Below, piece by piece: positions 26,926 through 39,743 of a DNA stretch of 64,000 nt. Made by a program: the position numbers and the translations under genes. The stretch comes from the human T2T-CHM13v2.0 reference genome, Homo sapiens: assembly GCF_009914755.1 (NCBI RefSeq), contig NC_060929.1. One strand, given 5' to 3'. The notes under the pieces are model-generated. The model was not told the origin of the DNA. It was given only the letters and a program-made list of their open reading frames with translations, and did not search any database. How positions within the stretch are numbered: position 1 is the first letter of the stretch; each line of letters begins with the position of its first letter.

Positions 26926-27168
26926 TTTTAATGTCCTGTATTATGGGCAAAAAGAGGGATTTTATTTGCAAGTAATAATTTGAACAGGGTTGAGTGATGT
27001 TCTTGGCAGATGGCACATCCTTTCTGCTGAACCTGTTAATGTCAGCCTGAGATGGACTATGACCTCCACAAAGGTAGCACTCAGTGATATGTCTGTGATT
27101 GTGCCATAGCTCCCACTCACTCTTTGAGGCAATCAATCATTGCTGATCATGGTCCTGGACAGTCTATA

Positions 27169-27205
27169 TGTGTGTGTGTGTGTGAGTGTGTGTGTGTGTG
27201 TGTGT
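27169..27205. repeat. (TG)n microsatellite
   Basis: Read directly from the sequence; one interruption. Confidence 0.95.
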
Positions 27206-28257
27206 ATTTTTTGTTTGTTTCTTTGTTTGTTTTCCCCAGGGTCTCACAAAACTTTCTAATCTTTTGGGACCTGTTTCTAGTCTATAATAGCGGAGTCAGA
27301 TTTATCTGTTTTTATTTTCTTTCAAATGTATTCTTTCTAATATAAGCTTCTCCTTTTGGGGCTTAGCCATTTAAATTCTGAGTTAACAAGCTTGTACAAG
27401 CCAAAACCTTATGCTTTCAAGCTTAAATTCTCTCCAAAAAGTTAAAGAAGTTTGTTTTTATTTTTACTTCTGTTCTGTGCATATGATTTATCACTCTGAT
27501 CTATTTTAATGTGAACAGCAATGTAAAATAAGTGGTAGTAGTTGACAGGGAAATAAATCCCTAGTAGTTAGTATATCAAAATATTCCCTCACTACAAATT
27601 TAAACAGATTATTTCAAAGTATTGGAAAAAATATAATATTTCAGTGTTGTATGTCTGTGAAATCTGGGTCACATTATTATGAAGCCATGACTCATAAGAT
27701 TTAGTCTCTAAGGATGGTTGCTATTTTGCAGCATGATTTACAACTGAAAATTAATTAAAAGGAGATTCTATTCTTTTATATGTTACGGAGGCCACTACAG
27801 ATGGTCCAAATCATTAACTGTCTAGCAAATTTTCTAATATTTCCTTTTAATTTTCAAGCATGGAGAGAGATACATATCTCTTCCTCAATTTGGTTTAATA
27901 ACTTCTTTTCCTTTTCCCCTCATTCTTTCTTATAGAATTTTTAAGAACAAAAGGGCTTACCTCCAAAAAGGGGCAACACTTTCCTATATGTTGTGAAGAA
28001 AAAGAAACAGCTTCAGCGAGATTGCCATCCTCTTTCAGTCCAGGTTGAAGGGAAAGGCTCAGCACATAAAAGCACTAGCAATCTGTGCTGAGTGCTGAGA
28101 GAACACCAGAAAGGAAGTTCTCCATCTGTGTAAGGGGAGGAGGGAAATGGGTGGGCCAGGAAAGCATATATGGAGGACGTGGGGTCTTAAAAATGAAAAA
28201 TGTGCCAGAAGGAGAAAAAAAGAGCTGCAGAAGTGTGATCTTGCACTTCTCTCTTCT

Positions 28258-28260
<3 letters not shown>

Positions 28261-28294
<34 letters not shown>

Positions 28295-28575
28295 ACAGGA
28301 TCTTACTCTGTCGCCCAGGCTGGAGTGCAGTGGCATGATCATAGTTCACTGCAGCCTTGGACTTCTGGGCTCAAGTAATCCTCCTACCTCTCCCTCCTGA
28401 GTAGCTGGGACTACAGCTCCACACTACTACAGCTGGGTAATATTTATTTATTTATTTCTGTAGAGATAGAGTCTTACTATGTTAGCCTAGCTGGACTCTA
28501 ACTCTTGGCCTCAAGCGATCCTGCTGCCTTGGCCTCCCAAAGCACAGACTATAGGTATGAGCCACCACTCTTGAC
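28261..28575 (-). mobile_element. AluJ whose tail has become (TC)15
   Basis: AluJ diagnostics 'gatcatagttcactgcagcctt...gggctcaag'; (TC)n at 28261-28290. Confidence 0.94.
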
Positions 28576-29077
28576 TTTTTGCTTCTCTTCACTCTTCTAA
28601 CCCTGACTTATCTCCCATGCAACTATTATTTATTACAACTTGTGTTTGTGTGTGGTGTCTGAGTGTACACGGTCTCTTCCCTTATATTACACATTTCTTG
28701 AAGGTAAAATTATGTATTACATTTACTTATTATTCCTAAGAAAGCAATTTAATAGATTGTAGATACTTAACAAAGGCTATTTTTTTGCCTGTTGCTGAAC
28801 CTAATTCCTTTATGCAAAATGTGAATCACATGTGGCTACAGAGAGGCCTTCAAAATCTTCAGCCCATAGAAGGAAAGCACAGTAACTATAACTCACAAGA
28901 CACTTCTTAACTCATGTGGAGCTTGGAATAGAAGTCTGGAGGAGGGAAATTCCACAAAAGATCACAGATGTATTATTTGCAGATTAGTCAACATATGGCA
29001 TGTTTAACTGCAGCTCTGAAAAAACAAGACTAAAACTGATGGTTCATTTTTAAAGTCACAAGCTATTGAGGCTTCTA

Positions 29078-29408
<331 letters not shown>

Positions 29409-30359
29409 GAAAATGCCAGAGTTTTGTTGACTCAAACGAAATTACCTAAAGCATTTTTCACATTTTAAAAATTGAATTGGAAATTCCAAAGTAGTTGAAA
29501 GTTTGGAGGGAAAAATGATTTTTTAAGGGGGCCAACTGTTCGTTTCATCATAAAGTCACAATCTACTCCCCCTCTTTCTCCCACAGGAAAAAAAAAAAAC
29601 ACAAGATATGAAATAAAACCATTTTAGTATTACACGAAATTTATAATCTTCCTCTTCATTCATCTTGAACAGTAAAAAGAAGCATGGAAATTTAAAAAAT
29701 AAAAGATTAACATTAAATCCCAGGAAAACATTCAGAATTCACTTTTATTATTGAGATAATTTAACAATGAGGAGGCCTCCTTGCTCTAAATTAGATCATA
29801 CATTGATCATTCATTTTAATCACAGAGAGACAGAAATTTTAGGACTCCATATGACAGAGTGGACAAAAGGTTTACGTGACTCCTACACCTTATCAATTGC
29901 AATGCCCACTTCATTTCCACTGATTACTGTTAGAGGTTTTAAATCTCTACTTGAAGGTGGACAGCTTCAATTTTCTGGAAGATTAAGAACCTCACAGGTG
30001 CACTGCATTTGTGCATGGGAAGAACAGATTGCCAAAGCCTCTCATCTGAGACTGGCAGGTTCTACTGCACTGCAATCCCGTTGTTTGAACTATGACTCCA
30101 TAATGAAATCCAATTACAGTTTCTTTTTTATAGTATTTTAAATCCCCATGGACTATCTCCCTAATATATTTATGGAGATATATGTACTAAAAGCACAAGA
30201 CAGGCATACTTCTAACCAAAGGAAGAATATCACTCATCTTTCCTCAAGACAGACGTGCATCTAGTTGTTCATAAAGTATAGACCAATACTTTGGTTTAAG
30301 GACTGTTTTCATCTTTTATTTGTGTACTAATTTTCTCAAAGAAAAAATATATATCTTGC

Positions 30360-31041
30360 TGTTACACACTGAATGTTGTGTCTCTTATAGAATTCATAGG
30401 TTGAAGACTTAACCCCCAGTGTGGCTGTATTTGTAGATGGGGTCTCTAAGAATTAATTTAGGTTAAATAAGGTAATAAAGGTAGAACCTTGATCTGATAG
30501 AATTACTGTCCCTATAAAAAGAGACACCAGGCTGGACTTGGTGGCTCATGCCTGTAATCCCAGCACTTTGGAAGGTTGAGGCCGATGGATCACGAGGTCA
30601 GGAGTTCGAGACCTGCCTGACCAACACGGTGAAACTCCTTCTCTATTAAAAACAGAAAAAAATTAGCCAGGCTTGGTGGCATGCACCTGTAATCCCAGCT
30701 ACTCAGGAGGCTGAGGGAGGAGAATCTCTTGAACCTGAGAGGTGGAGGTTGCAGTGTTGCAGTGAGCCGAAATCACACCACTGCACTGCACTCCAGCCTG
30801 GGTGACAAAGCGAGACTTTGTCTAAAAAAAAAAAAAAAAAAAAAGAGAGACACCAAAGAGCTCTCTTACCATATGAGAAGAGATTGGCCATCTGCAAGCC
30901 AGAAAGAGAGCTCTCAACAAAAATCAGTGTCCAGATCTTGATCTGGGACTTCCAGCTTCCATAACTGTGAAAAGAAAATTCTGTTGCCTAAGCCACCCAG
31001 CATGTGGTATTTGGTTATTGCAGCCTGATCAGACTAATACA
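30360..31041 (+). mobile_element. Solo MaLR LTR (MLT1A-like) interrupted by an Alu
   Basis: TG...CA ends (tgttac...ctaataca); perfect 5-bp TSD cttgc (30355-30359, 31042-31046); 'gccatctgcaagccag' and 'gacttccagcttcc'. Confidence 0.92.
30530..30844 (+). mobile_element. AluS (Sg-like)
   Basis: 'ggatcacgaggtcaggagttcgagacc'; TSD core agagacacca on both sides. Confidence 0.96.
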
Positions 31042-31886
31042 CTTGCTAATACCATGTAATCTTAGGCTACTTAGAAAAGGCACAATTAGGCTGATGACAA
31101 TTAGAAACTACCTCTTCTGAATGTTAATTTTATATTTATTTTTTCTAGTATATAATTAAGTGATATTACAGTATGGTTCTTTGTGTTATTCTTTGAAAGT
31201 AATTTTGGAAGAGAAAATGTAAGTCAGAGTATTGCAAAACCACAAATTTGAGTTTTTATCTGTAAAATTCTAAGAATTCACATAAATCTTAACATTATTT
31301 CCTGTTATCTATAAGTTATCTGAAATTGTTATGTAAGTGACTTAAGATTGATTATATTTCTAATTTTTATTATAACCTACATTATTTGTTTTATTTTTAC
31401 TTTTTAAAAATTAGTATTTATCTGTTTTACTTGTTCTCATTACATCCCCATCTTTAGTTCATTGCATCTGCCCCCTAGTGCCTTTAAAAGCATTGTATTT
31501 GTATAATATTTGGCTATATCTTCCTGATACAGCAAGAGCTCTGGCCTATAGCAATTACATTCTCCCTTGAAGCAACAATTTGATGAAAATTTTGTAAATT
31601 GATTGTATCAGGACTTTCCTCATTTACAACTTTATTAAAAAATAATCACCAAATATGCTGAATTTTGTCAAATTGTTGTTCTGAATCTGTTACATCAGGG
31701 GATTTTTCTATTTTAATCTCTTAATTCGGTGGATTACATGAATTAATTTTTGTAGTATTAAACAACATCCCTTGCCTTCTGTGATGCCTGTAACTTCCTT
31801 GTTATCCATTTTAAAGTAGTTTTAGTTTGCTACTATTTTGTTAGGATACAGCTACATTCATAAAGGAACTTGGAATGAATATATGT

Positions 31887-32095
31887 ATGAAGCTAGAATA
31901 TGCTTGATACAAAAATTCAAAATAGGGCAGCATGAAAAAGAAAGAAATATATATACATATATATATACATACATAGTGTATATATATATAGTTATCTTTA
32001 TTCTTATGTGTACATATATATGTGTGTGTATATATATTTTTTCTTTTTCATGCTGTTCAATTTTGAGGTTTGAATCACAAATATGCTAGCTTTAT
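31887..32095. repeat. Imperfect inverted repeat, ~90-bp arms (31887-31975 / 32005-32095)
   Basis: atgaagctagaatat...cagcatgaaaaagaaa is the reverse complement of tttctttttcatgctg...atatgctagctttat. Confidence 0.88.
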
Positions 32096-32295
32096 AAAAT
32101 AAGCTAAGGTTTTTTTCTTCTTTTTATATTATCTAGAAGCATTTTTGTGTAACTGAATTTTTTTTTTTTTAAACATTCGGTAGAAGCTATGAGTAAAGCC
32201 ACTTGAGCCAGGAGTTTTCTTTGTGGGAAGATGTTTCACTACTTACTCAATTTTATTAATGGTTATGTGATAATTTAGGTTTGCCTATTTCTTCT

Positions 32296-32550
32296 TTTTT
32301 TACTTTTTTATTTTATTTTTGTGGGTACATTGTAGGTACATATGTTTATAAGGTACATGAGATGTTTTGATACAGGCATGCAACGTGTAATAATGACATC
32401 ATGGAAAATGGAGCATCCATCCCATTGAGCATTTATTCTTTGTGTTAGAGCAATCTAATTATGCTCTTCTAGTATTTTAAAATGTACAATTAGGTTATTA
32501 TTGACCATAGTCACCCTGCTGTGCTATCAAATAGTAGATCTTATTCTTTT
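32296..32550 (-). mobile_element. L1MA (2/3-like) 3' end
   Basis: 'tttttgtgggtacattgtagg...ggtacatgagatgttttgatacaggcatgca...atagtcaccctgctgtgctatcaaatagtagatcttattc'. Confidence 0.9.
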
Positions 32551-32816
32551 TTTATTATATTTATTCTGAATAAGATTTGCTAACATATACTTTAAAATAT
32601 TTTGTCTATATTCCTTAAATTCCAAATTTACGTGCATAAATCATGTCCTGTTATTTTATATTTTTAAAACTTGCAATTTCTGTAGTGTGTCTTGTTTTAA
32701 TTCTTGTCATTAACTATTTGGGCTTCTATTTTTTTCAAGCATTTTTCTCTTTTGCACTTTATGAAATTTATTTTTGATTAATTATTTTTCATTTATTTAT
32801 TATTTATTTTTTCATT

Positions 32817-33572
32817 TATATTAGCCAGAGTCCACTCATAAAACATGAACATTAGACATATTAAACATATATGTTTGTTTAATGTTAGTCCACCTCCCTG
32901 GCCTTCCCAGGATTTCTGTAACTTGCTTATTATCTATTATTTTAAGTTGTTGACTTTGTGTGTGTGCATGTGTGTGTGTGTGATTATATGGATTTGATGT
33001 TATGCAATCATGGGAGTTGATTAAACAAACAGTTTCTGTAAGGATGCTGTATTTGTGTCTTGCACTAGAGCTTTAAATTGCAGAGTAGGAAATCAGGAAG
33101 GAAAGATTGATGTATGACCAGAAACAATGAGGATAAGCTGAAACCCATAAGTAGAAGGTGGACCCAATGAGGATGCCCTAAGATGTTTCAATCCTTCTGC
33201 CTTTCACCTCCTTTAACTTCAGCGATATGGATGTCCTGCAAGACAAAGCAACACCCTGCATCATGGAGTTAAACATGCATTTTTCCCAGTTGTTGGAATA
33301 GCTGAAGGAAAATGGTGAAAGGGGAATGAACAGAAGAGGCAGCTGCAGGCTGATTGTAGCCCATGCCAAGGAGGTGAGCCAGCAAATATGAAACTTGTGT
33401 AAGCTGCAAGTGTAGTGTACTTGGTAGCCCAATCTTGGATGTAAAAATCCATCACTTTTATCATATGCTATTGCATAAGAGCATTCCTAAATCCAGCCCA
33501 TCCTGAGAAAAAGGGGAATATGTAACAAGAGGCAGCAAACATTGAGGGGCACCTTACGGGTTTCTTACCAAT
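32817..33572 (-). mobile_element. Ancient ERVL/MaLR LTR sequence (MLT1M/MLT2-like part, then MLT1G/H-like terminal part from ~33420); may be two elements
   Basis: 'tatattagccagagtcc', 'ttatgcaatcatgggagttg...tctgtaaggatgctg', 'aggataagctgaaaccca', then 'ccatcacttttatcatatgctatt...taaatccagccca...cattgaggggcaccttacggg'. Confidence 0.6.
33230..33409 (+). pseudogene. Decayed APOA4-like coding fragment inside the LTR
   Basis: Frame from 33230 reads DVLQDKATPCIMELNMHFSQLLE*LKE...RLIVAHAKEVSQQI*NLCKLQ, against recalled apoA-IV [27 protein letters not shown]...[21 protein letters not shown]. Confidence 0.65.
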
Positions 33573-34588
33573 TGCTTTTCTTTTCAAAACTGCATTGACA
33601 AAAAACAAAACAATCTCATATCTCAAGATAAGCAAGTGTCATCAAACTATCAGGAATTATAAACCTTTTCTATATTTTCATAACTTTAAAATTTAAAAAA
33701 ACATGTTATGCAATGTTTTACTTGTTTCTTTTCTAATACTACTATACATTTTCCAGGTAAACACATATATTTACATAAAACATTAACAATAATAGTAAGA
33801 AGAAAGAAAACTAAAATTTGATTTGGCATGAGATAATATTCTTTTAAATTCCTTGTAGTTTATATATCTTTTCTTAAAACAAATGAGCTCATTTCAGCTC
33901 AGGCCAATATTTCATACTCTATCTAAAGAGTTCTCTATGAAAATTTGCAAGATATTCCAGGTGGCATAACTCTAAAGATATTTGAAAGACAGGTATCAAG
34001 CAGGCTGTAAATTTCTTCATTTATCTTTTCTCCTCTATATACTTAATAAGGACATCCTGAACAGCAGTCCAAGCTGTCCTGCTTCAAAAGGCAAAAGTAT
34101 AACAGCCAGTGATTTTTATGAGTACCTTGGAGACCAAGTTGAAAAAATAGATGTAGCCAAATACTATCTAAATTATCTCCATATAAAAGTAAATATTTTT
34201 CTTACTTTTCTATGGAACATAAATAATTTTAAAACTCATATATCACTCTTTATCACCTTGCTATCCAAAGTGTCAATTAAACATTTTTGGGAAGCTTGTG
34301 CAGCTACCCATATAAAGAAACTCCATTTAATATTTAACTAAGATGTGGATAACTTTCACTCAAATTTACTAAGATAGTTAATCAGAATGTTGTAAAATAT
34401 ATTCTATAGCCTATTGTCTTTTTAAAATTTTATTTTAATTTCAAGTTGGTTGCAGGGATAAATTCTTTAGGGGTGATTTCTGAGATTTTGGAGCATCTGT
34501 CACTTAAGCAGTGTACACTGTACCCAATATGTAGTCTTTCATCCCTCACTCATTCCCAACCCTTATCATCTGAGTTGACAAATTTCAT

Positions 34589-34850
34589 TATTATTATTAT
34601 TATTATTAAGAGACAGAATCTTGCTCTGTCACTCAGGCTGGGGTGCAGTGACATGATCTCGGCCCACTGCAACCTCCACCTCCCAGGTTCAAGTGATTCT
34701 CGTGCCTCAGTCTCCTGAGTAGGTGAGATTACAGGTGTGAGCCACCATACCCTGCTAATATTTTGTATTTTTAGTAAAGACAGGGTTTTACTATTTTGGC
34801 CAGGCTGGTCTCAAACTCCTGGGCTCAATTGATCCACCCTCGTTGGCCTC
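34589..34850 (-). mobile_element. Alu (AluJb/S-like), slightly 5'-truncated, with (TAT)n tail
   Basis: Antisense dimer ending at 'ttggcctcc'; inserted in the L1PB 3'UTR at 'catta'. Confidence 0.94.
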
Positions 34851-36801
34851 CATTACATCATTCTTATGCCTTTGTGTCCTCAGGGCTTGGCTCTCACTTA
34901 TAAGTGAGAACATACAATATTTGCATTTTCCATTTCTGAGTTACTTCACTTAGAATAATGGCCTCCAGCTCCATCCAAGTTGCTGCAGAAGACACTATTT
35001 AGTTCCTTTTTATGGCTGAGTAGTATTCCATGGTGTATATATACCACATTTTGTTTATCTACTTGTTTGAAAGGCATTGAGGTTAGTTCCATATTTTGCA
35101 ATTGCACATTGTGCTGCTATAAACATGTGTGTGTATGGGTCTTTTTCATAAATGATTTCTTTTTCTTTGGGTAGATACCCCAGTAGTGAGATTGCCAGAT
35201 CGAATGGTAGTTCTACAAATCTACATACTGTTTTCCATAGTGGCTGTACTAGTTTACATTCCCAACATCAGTACAAAAGTGTTTGCCTTTCACCACATTG
35301 GTGCCAATATCTATTATTACTTTCTAATTATGGCCATTCTTGCAGGAGTAAGGTGGTATCTCCCTAGGGTTTTAATTTGCATTTCCCTGATAATTAGTGA
35401 TGCTGAGCATTTTTTATATGTTTGTTGGCTGTTTGTATATCTTATTTTAAGAATTGTTTATTCATGTCCTTAGCCCACGTTTTGATGGCATTATTTGTTT
35501 TTTTCTTGCTGAACTGTTTGAGTTAGTTCCTTGTAGATTCTGGATATTATTCCTCTGCTGGATGCATAGTTTACAAAGATTTTCTCCCACTTTGTTGATT
35601 GTCTGTTTACTCTTCTGATGATTTATTTCTCTGTGTAGAAGCTCTTTAGTTTAATTTGGTCCCATTTATTTACTTTTGTTTTTGTTGCATTTGCTTTTGA
35701 GGTCTTAGTCATGAATTATTTCCCTAAGCCAACATCTAGAAGAGTTTTGCCGATGTTATCTTCTAGAATTTTTATGATTGCAGGACTTAGATTTAAGTAT
35801 TTGATCCATCTTGAGTTGATTTTTATATAAGGTGAGAGATGAGGATCCAGTTTCATTTTTCTACATGGGGCTTCCCAAGTATCCCAGCACCATTTATTGA
35901 ATAGTATATCCTTTCCCCACTTTATATTTTTGTATGCTTTGTCAAAGATCAGTTGGCTATAAGTACTCGGCTTTATTTCTGGGTTCTCTATTCTGCTCCA
36001 ATGGTCTACATGCCTATTTTTATTCCAGTACTATGCTGTTTGGGTAACTTAAAGCCTTGTAGCATAATTTGAAGTTGAGTAATGTGATGCCTCCAGATTT
36101 GTTCTTTTTGCTTAGTATTGCTTTGGCTATGCAAGTTCTTTTTTGGTTCCATATGAATTTTAGGATTGTTTCTTATAGTTTTGTGAAGAATAACGATGGT
36201 ATTGTGATGGGAATTCCATTGAATCTGAGAATTGCTTTGGGCAGTATGGTCATTTTCACAATATTGATTCTACCCATCCATGAGCATGGGATGTGTTTCC
36301 ATTTGTCTGTGTTGTCTATAATATCTGACAGTAGTGTTTTGTCATTTTCCTTGTAGAGATTTTTTACCTCCTTGGTTAATTATATTTCTAAGTACTTTTT
36401 TCTTTTCATAGCTTTTATAAAAGGGATTGAGTTCTTGATTTGATTATCAGCTTGGTCATTGTTGGTGTATAGCACTGCTACTGATTTGTGTACATTGATT
36501 TTGTATTCTGGGACTTTTCTGAATTCATTTATCAGGTCTAGGAGGTTTTTGGATGAGTCTTTAGGGTTTTCTAGTTATATGATCATGTGATCTGTGAACA
36601 GCGACAGTTTGACTTCCTCTTTTCCAATTTGGATGCACTTTATTTCTTTATCTTGTCTAATTACTCTGGCCAGAACTTCCAGTACTATGTTGAATCAAAG
36701 TGGTAAAAGTGAGCATTTCTTGTCTCATACCAGCTCTCAGGGGGAATGCTTTCAACTTTTCCCCATTTGGTAGGATGTTGGCTGTGGGTTTGACTTTTAG
36801 T

Positions 36802-37109
36802 TTCTATTTTATTATTATTATTATTTTGAGACGGATTCCCACTCTGTTGCCCAGGCTGGAGTACAGTGCGCGATCTCGACTCACTGCAACCTCCGCCTCT
36901 CAGGTTCAAGCAATTCTCTGCCTCAGCCTCCCGAGTAGCTGGGATTACAGGCACCCACTACCATGCCTGGCTAATTTTTGTATTTTTAGTAGAGACGGGG
37001 TTTCACCATCTTGGCCAGGCTGGTCTTGAACTCCTGACCTTGTGATCCATCCGCCTTGGCCTACCAAAATGCTGGGATTACAAGTACATGAGCCCCACCG
37101 CACCTGGCC
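36802..37109 (-). mobile_element. AluS
   Basis: Antisense dimer; TSD tgacttttagt (36791-36801) / tgacttttatt (37111-37121). Confidence 0.96.
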
Positions 37110-38141
37110 GTGACTTTTATTACATTGAAGTATGTCCTTTCTATGCCTGTTTAGTTGAGGGTTTTTATCACAAAAGGATGCTGGATTTTATCAAATGCTT
37201 TTTCTGCATCTATTGAGATGATCGTATGATTTTTGTTTTTAATTCTGTTTATGTGTCTATCTGTGCTCTTTCAGACTCTTGATGTAGGCATTTAATGCTA
37301 TGAACTTTCCTCTTAGCACTCCTTTTGCTGTATCCCAGAGATTTTAATAGGTTGTGTCACTATTATCATTCATTTCAAAAACTTTAAATTCCCATCTTGA
37401 TTTCCTGGTTAACCCAAAAATCATTCAAGAGCAGATTATTTAATTTTCATGTATTTGTATAGTTTTGAGGGTTTCTTCTGGGGTTCATTTCCAGTTTTAT
37501 TCCACTGTGATCCGAGAAGATACTTAATCTGATTTCAGTTTTCTTAAATTGATTGAGACTTGTTTTGTGGCCTATAATGTAGTATACCTTGGAGAATGTT
37601 CTATGTGCTGATGAGAAGAATGTACATTCTGCACTTGTTGGAAAGAATGTTCTGTAAACTTCTGTTAAATTCATTTGTTCTAGGGTATAGTTTAAGTCCA
37701 TTGTTTCTTTGTTGACTTCCTGTCTTGATGATCTGTCTAGTGTTGTCAGTGGGGTATTAAAGTTTCTGACTATTAGAGTGTAGCTGTCTATCTCATTACT
37801 TAGGTCTAGTAGTAATTTTATAATAATTTTTATATGTTTATAATTATTTGTATATGTTTTATAAGTTTGGGAGCTCCAGTGTTAGGTGCATAGAAATTTA
37901 GGATTTTAATATCTTCCTGTTGGACTAATGCTAATTCCAGAAAGCATTAAGAGCATTTGGTGTAAAGTCAATAGACATGTGATAGACATTGTTTAAAACT
38001 TGAACTTTTGATTTTGCAGCCACTTAATTGTTCTCAAAAGGACCTGATGAAATCTTCTACATTGACATGTGTATACACTCTTAACAGACGGCATCTTGTG
38101 CCCAGAATATTCTCAAGGAGGAGGAAAATTTACTTAAGTTG

Positions 38142-38505
38142 TGTATTAGTCTGTTCTCACACTACTAGTAAGACATACCCCAAAAATGGGTAATTTATAA
38201 CTAAAAGAGGTATAATGAACTCACAGTTCCACGTGGCTGGGGAGGCCTCAAAATCTTGGTGGAAGGCAAAGGGGAGGCAAAAGCATGTCTTACACGGCAG
38301 AAGGCAAGAGAGAATGTGTGCAGGGGAACTCCCCTTTATAAAACCACCAGATCTCGTGAGACTTATTCACTACCATGAGAACAACACAGAAAGACCTGCC
38401 CCATGATTCAATTACCTCCCACTGGGTCCCTCTCATGACACATGGGAATTATGGGACCTACAGTTCAAGATAAGATTTGGGTGGGAACACAGCCAAACCA
38501 TGTCA
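38142..38505 (-). mobile_element. Solo THE1B-type LTR (364 bp)
   Basis: tgtattagtc...cacagccaaaccatgtca; degenerate TSD agttg/ggctg. Confidence 0.95.
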
Positions 38506-38869
38506 GGCTGTCACTGTGTCATCTTCAAAGGAAAGATTCTAATTTTGGTAGTTACCGATTAATAATGGGTCTAAACTAACTTAGGGCGACTATAGCTTGA
38601 CATCAATACCTCAGCATTCAATGGGTTTGAGGAGTTCTATCTTCAGGAAAGAAAGGATCTGTATTAAAATTTTTTCAGGTCTTTTATTTTGTCCAAAGCT
38701 AAACAGCAATTGTATGTCTTAACAGGTAAGGGTAAGTGTGATTTTTTTGGTGTCATTTCTTGTTTCCTAAAGTCTTCTTCTGAAAACTGATCAAGTCAAG
38801 TGTTTGCTAAGGAAAACATCACTTCATTGTTTTTGTTTGTTTTTAACAGCATCTTTTGGATTGTATGTG

Positions 38870-39400
38870 TCTTTCAAATTTTAAAGAGTAATACTTGCTC
38901 ATTGTAGAAAACTTAAGAAACACGGGAAAAATACTGAAATTTAATTTTCAGAAATCATTCATAAGCCACCATTCACATTTTGATGTTTTCACTTTCAGAG
39001 GTATGTGTGTATATACAAGTTATCTATCTATCTATCTATCTACTCATATCGCAAATTCTGTTTTCCAGGCTGCTTTTTATCCCTCTTAATTAAACATGGT
39101 AAATCAGCTTATTGAGTGGTAAATATTCTCATACATTCTGATTTTTAACAGTTGCATAATGTTTAGTTACAAGGAAATGACTTGAACAATCTCTTACTTT
39201 TACATAGTTACCTTATAATTTTTCAGTTTGTTATCATAAAATTTTCTGCAATGATTATCATATATAAATATTAGCTTACATCTCTGTTCATTGATTTCCA
39301 CATAATAATTAACTAAAAGTAAAATTGCTATGAAACAGGACATGTTATATTGATATTGTGATCAAATCTGCATGCCACTTATTTTTACCAAAATAAGGGA
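38870..39400 (-). mobile_element. L1ME 3' region
   Basis: 'gtaatacttgctcattgtagaaaactt', 'tttttaacagttgcataat', 'aaaagtaaaattgct'. Confidence 0.7.
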
Positions 39401-39449
39401 ATAAGACAAAGCATAACTTAGCAAAACATACATTAATAATGAATACACT

Positions 39450-39743
39450 GGCCAGGAACAGTGGCTCATGCCTATACTCCCAGCACTTTGCGGGGCCAAG
39501 GCTGGCAGATCACCTGAGGTCAGGAGTTCAAGACTGGCCTGGCCAACACGGTGAAACCCTGTGTCTAATACAAATACAAAAATTAGCCAGGTGTGGCACA
39601 TGTCTTCAATCCCAGCTACTGGGGGAGCTGAGACAGGATAATTACTTGAACCGGGGAGACAGAGGTTGTAGTGAGCTTAGATTGCACCACTCACTGTACT
39701 CTAGACTGGGACAAAGAGTGAGACTTCGTCTCAAATAAATAAA
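39450..39743 (+). mobile_element. AluS (Sx/Sz-like) with (AAAT)n tail
   Basis: Full dimer; TSD core at(g/a)aatacac. Confidence 0.95.

Larger units (their letters stand above)
31150..32780 (-). mobile_element. Old L1M ORF2 remnant (contains an inverted duplication and an L1MA insert)
   Basis: 'atgctgaattttgtcaaat', 'ggtggattacatgaattaattttt', 'agtttgctactattttgttaggat', 'gtaaagccacttgagccaggagttttctttgtgggaag'. Confidence 0.7.
34420..37930 (-). mobile_element. L1PB (L1PB1-like), 5'-truncated in EN, with an ~0.8-kb internal ORF2 deletion at ~37255 and two Alu insertions
   Basis: L1PB 3'UTR 'ggtgatttctgagattttgg...gcagtgtacactgtacccaat'; antisense ORF2; ORF 37447..37701 is EN-like (YRTFFP...FFSSAHRTFSK...GHKTSLN...SDHSGIKLE). 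Confidence 0.92.

Noticed and set aside
29767-30141. 124-aa ORF in unique sequence
   Set aside because: No recognisable domain, promoter or exon context; the length is within chance expectation.
33982-34341. 119-aa ORF
   Set aside because: Non-ATG start, AT-rich composition and no recognisable homology.
38679-38737. Possible micro-exon (tttttcag| ... cag|gtaagg and agg|gtaagt tandem donors)
   Set aside because: Short pyrimidine tract, 47/53-nt length not a multiple of 3, no partner exons; cannot be supported without RNA data.
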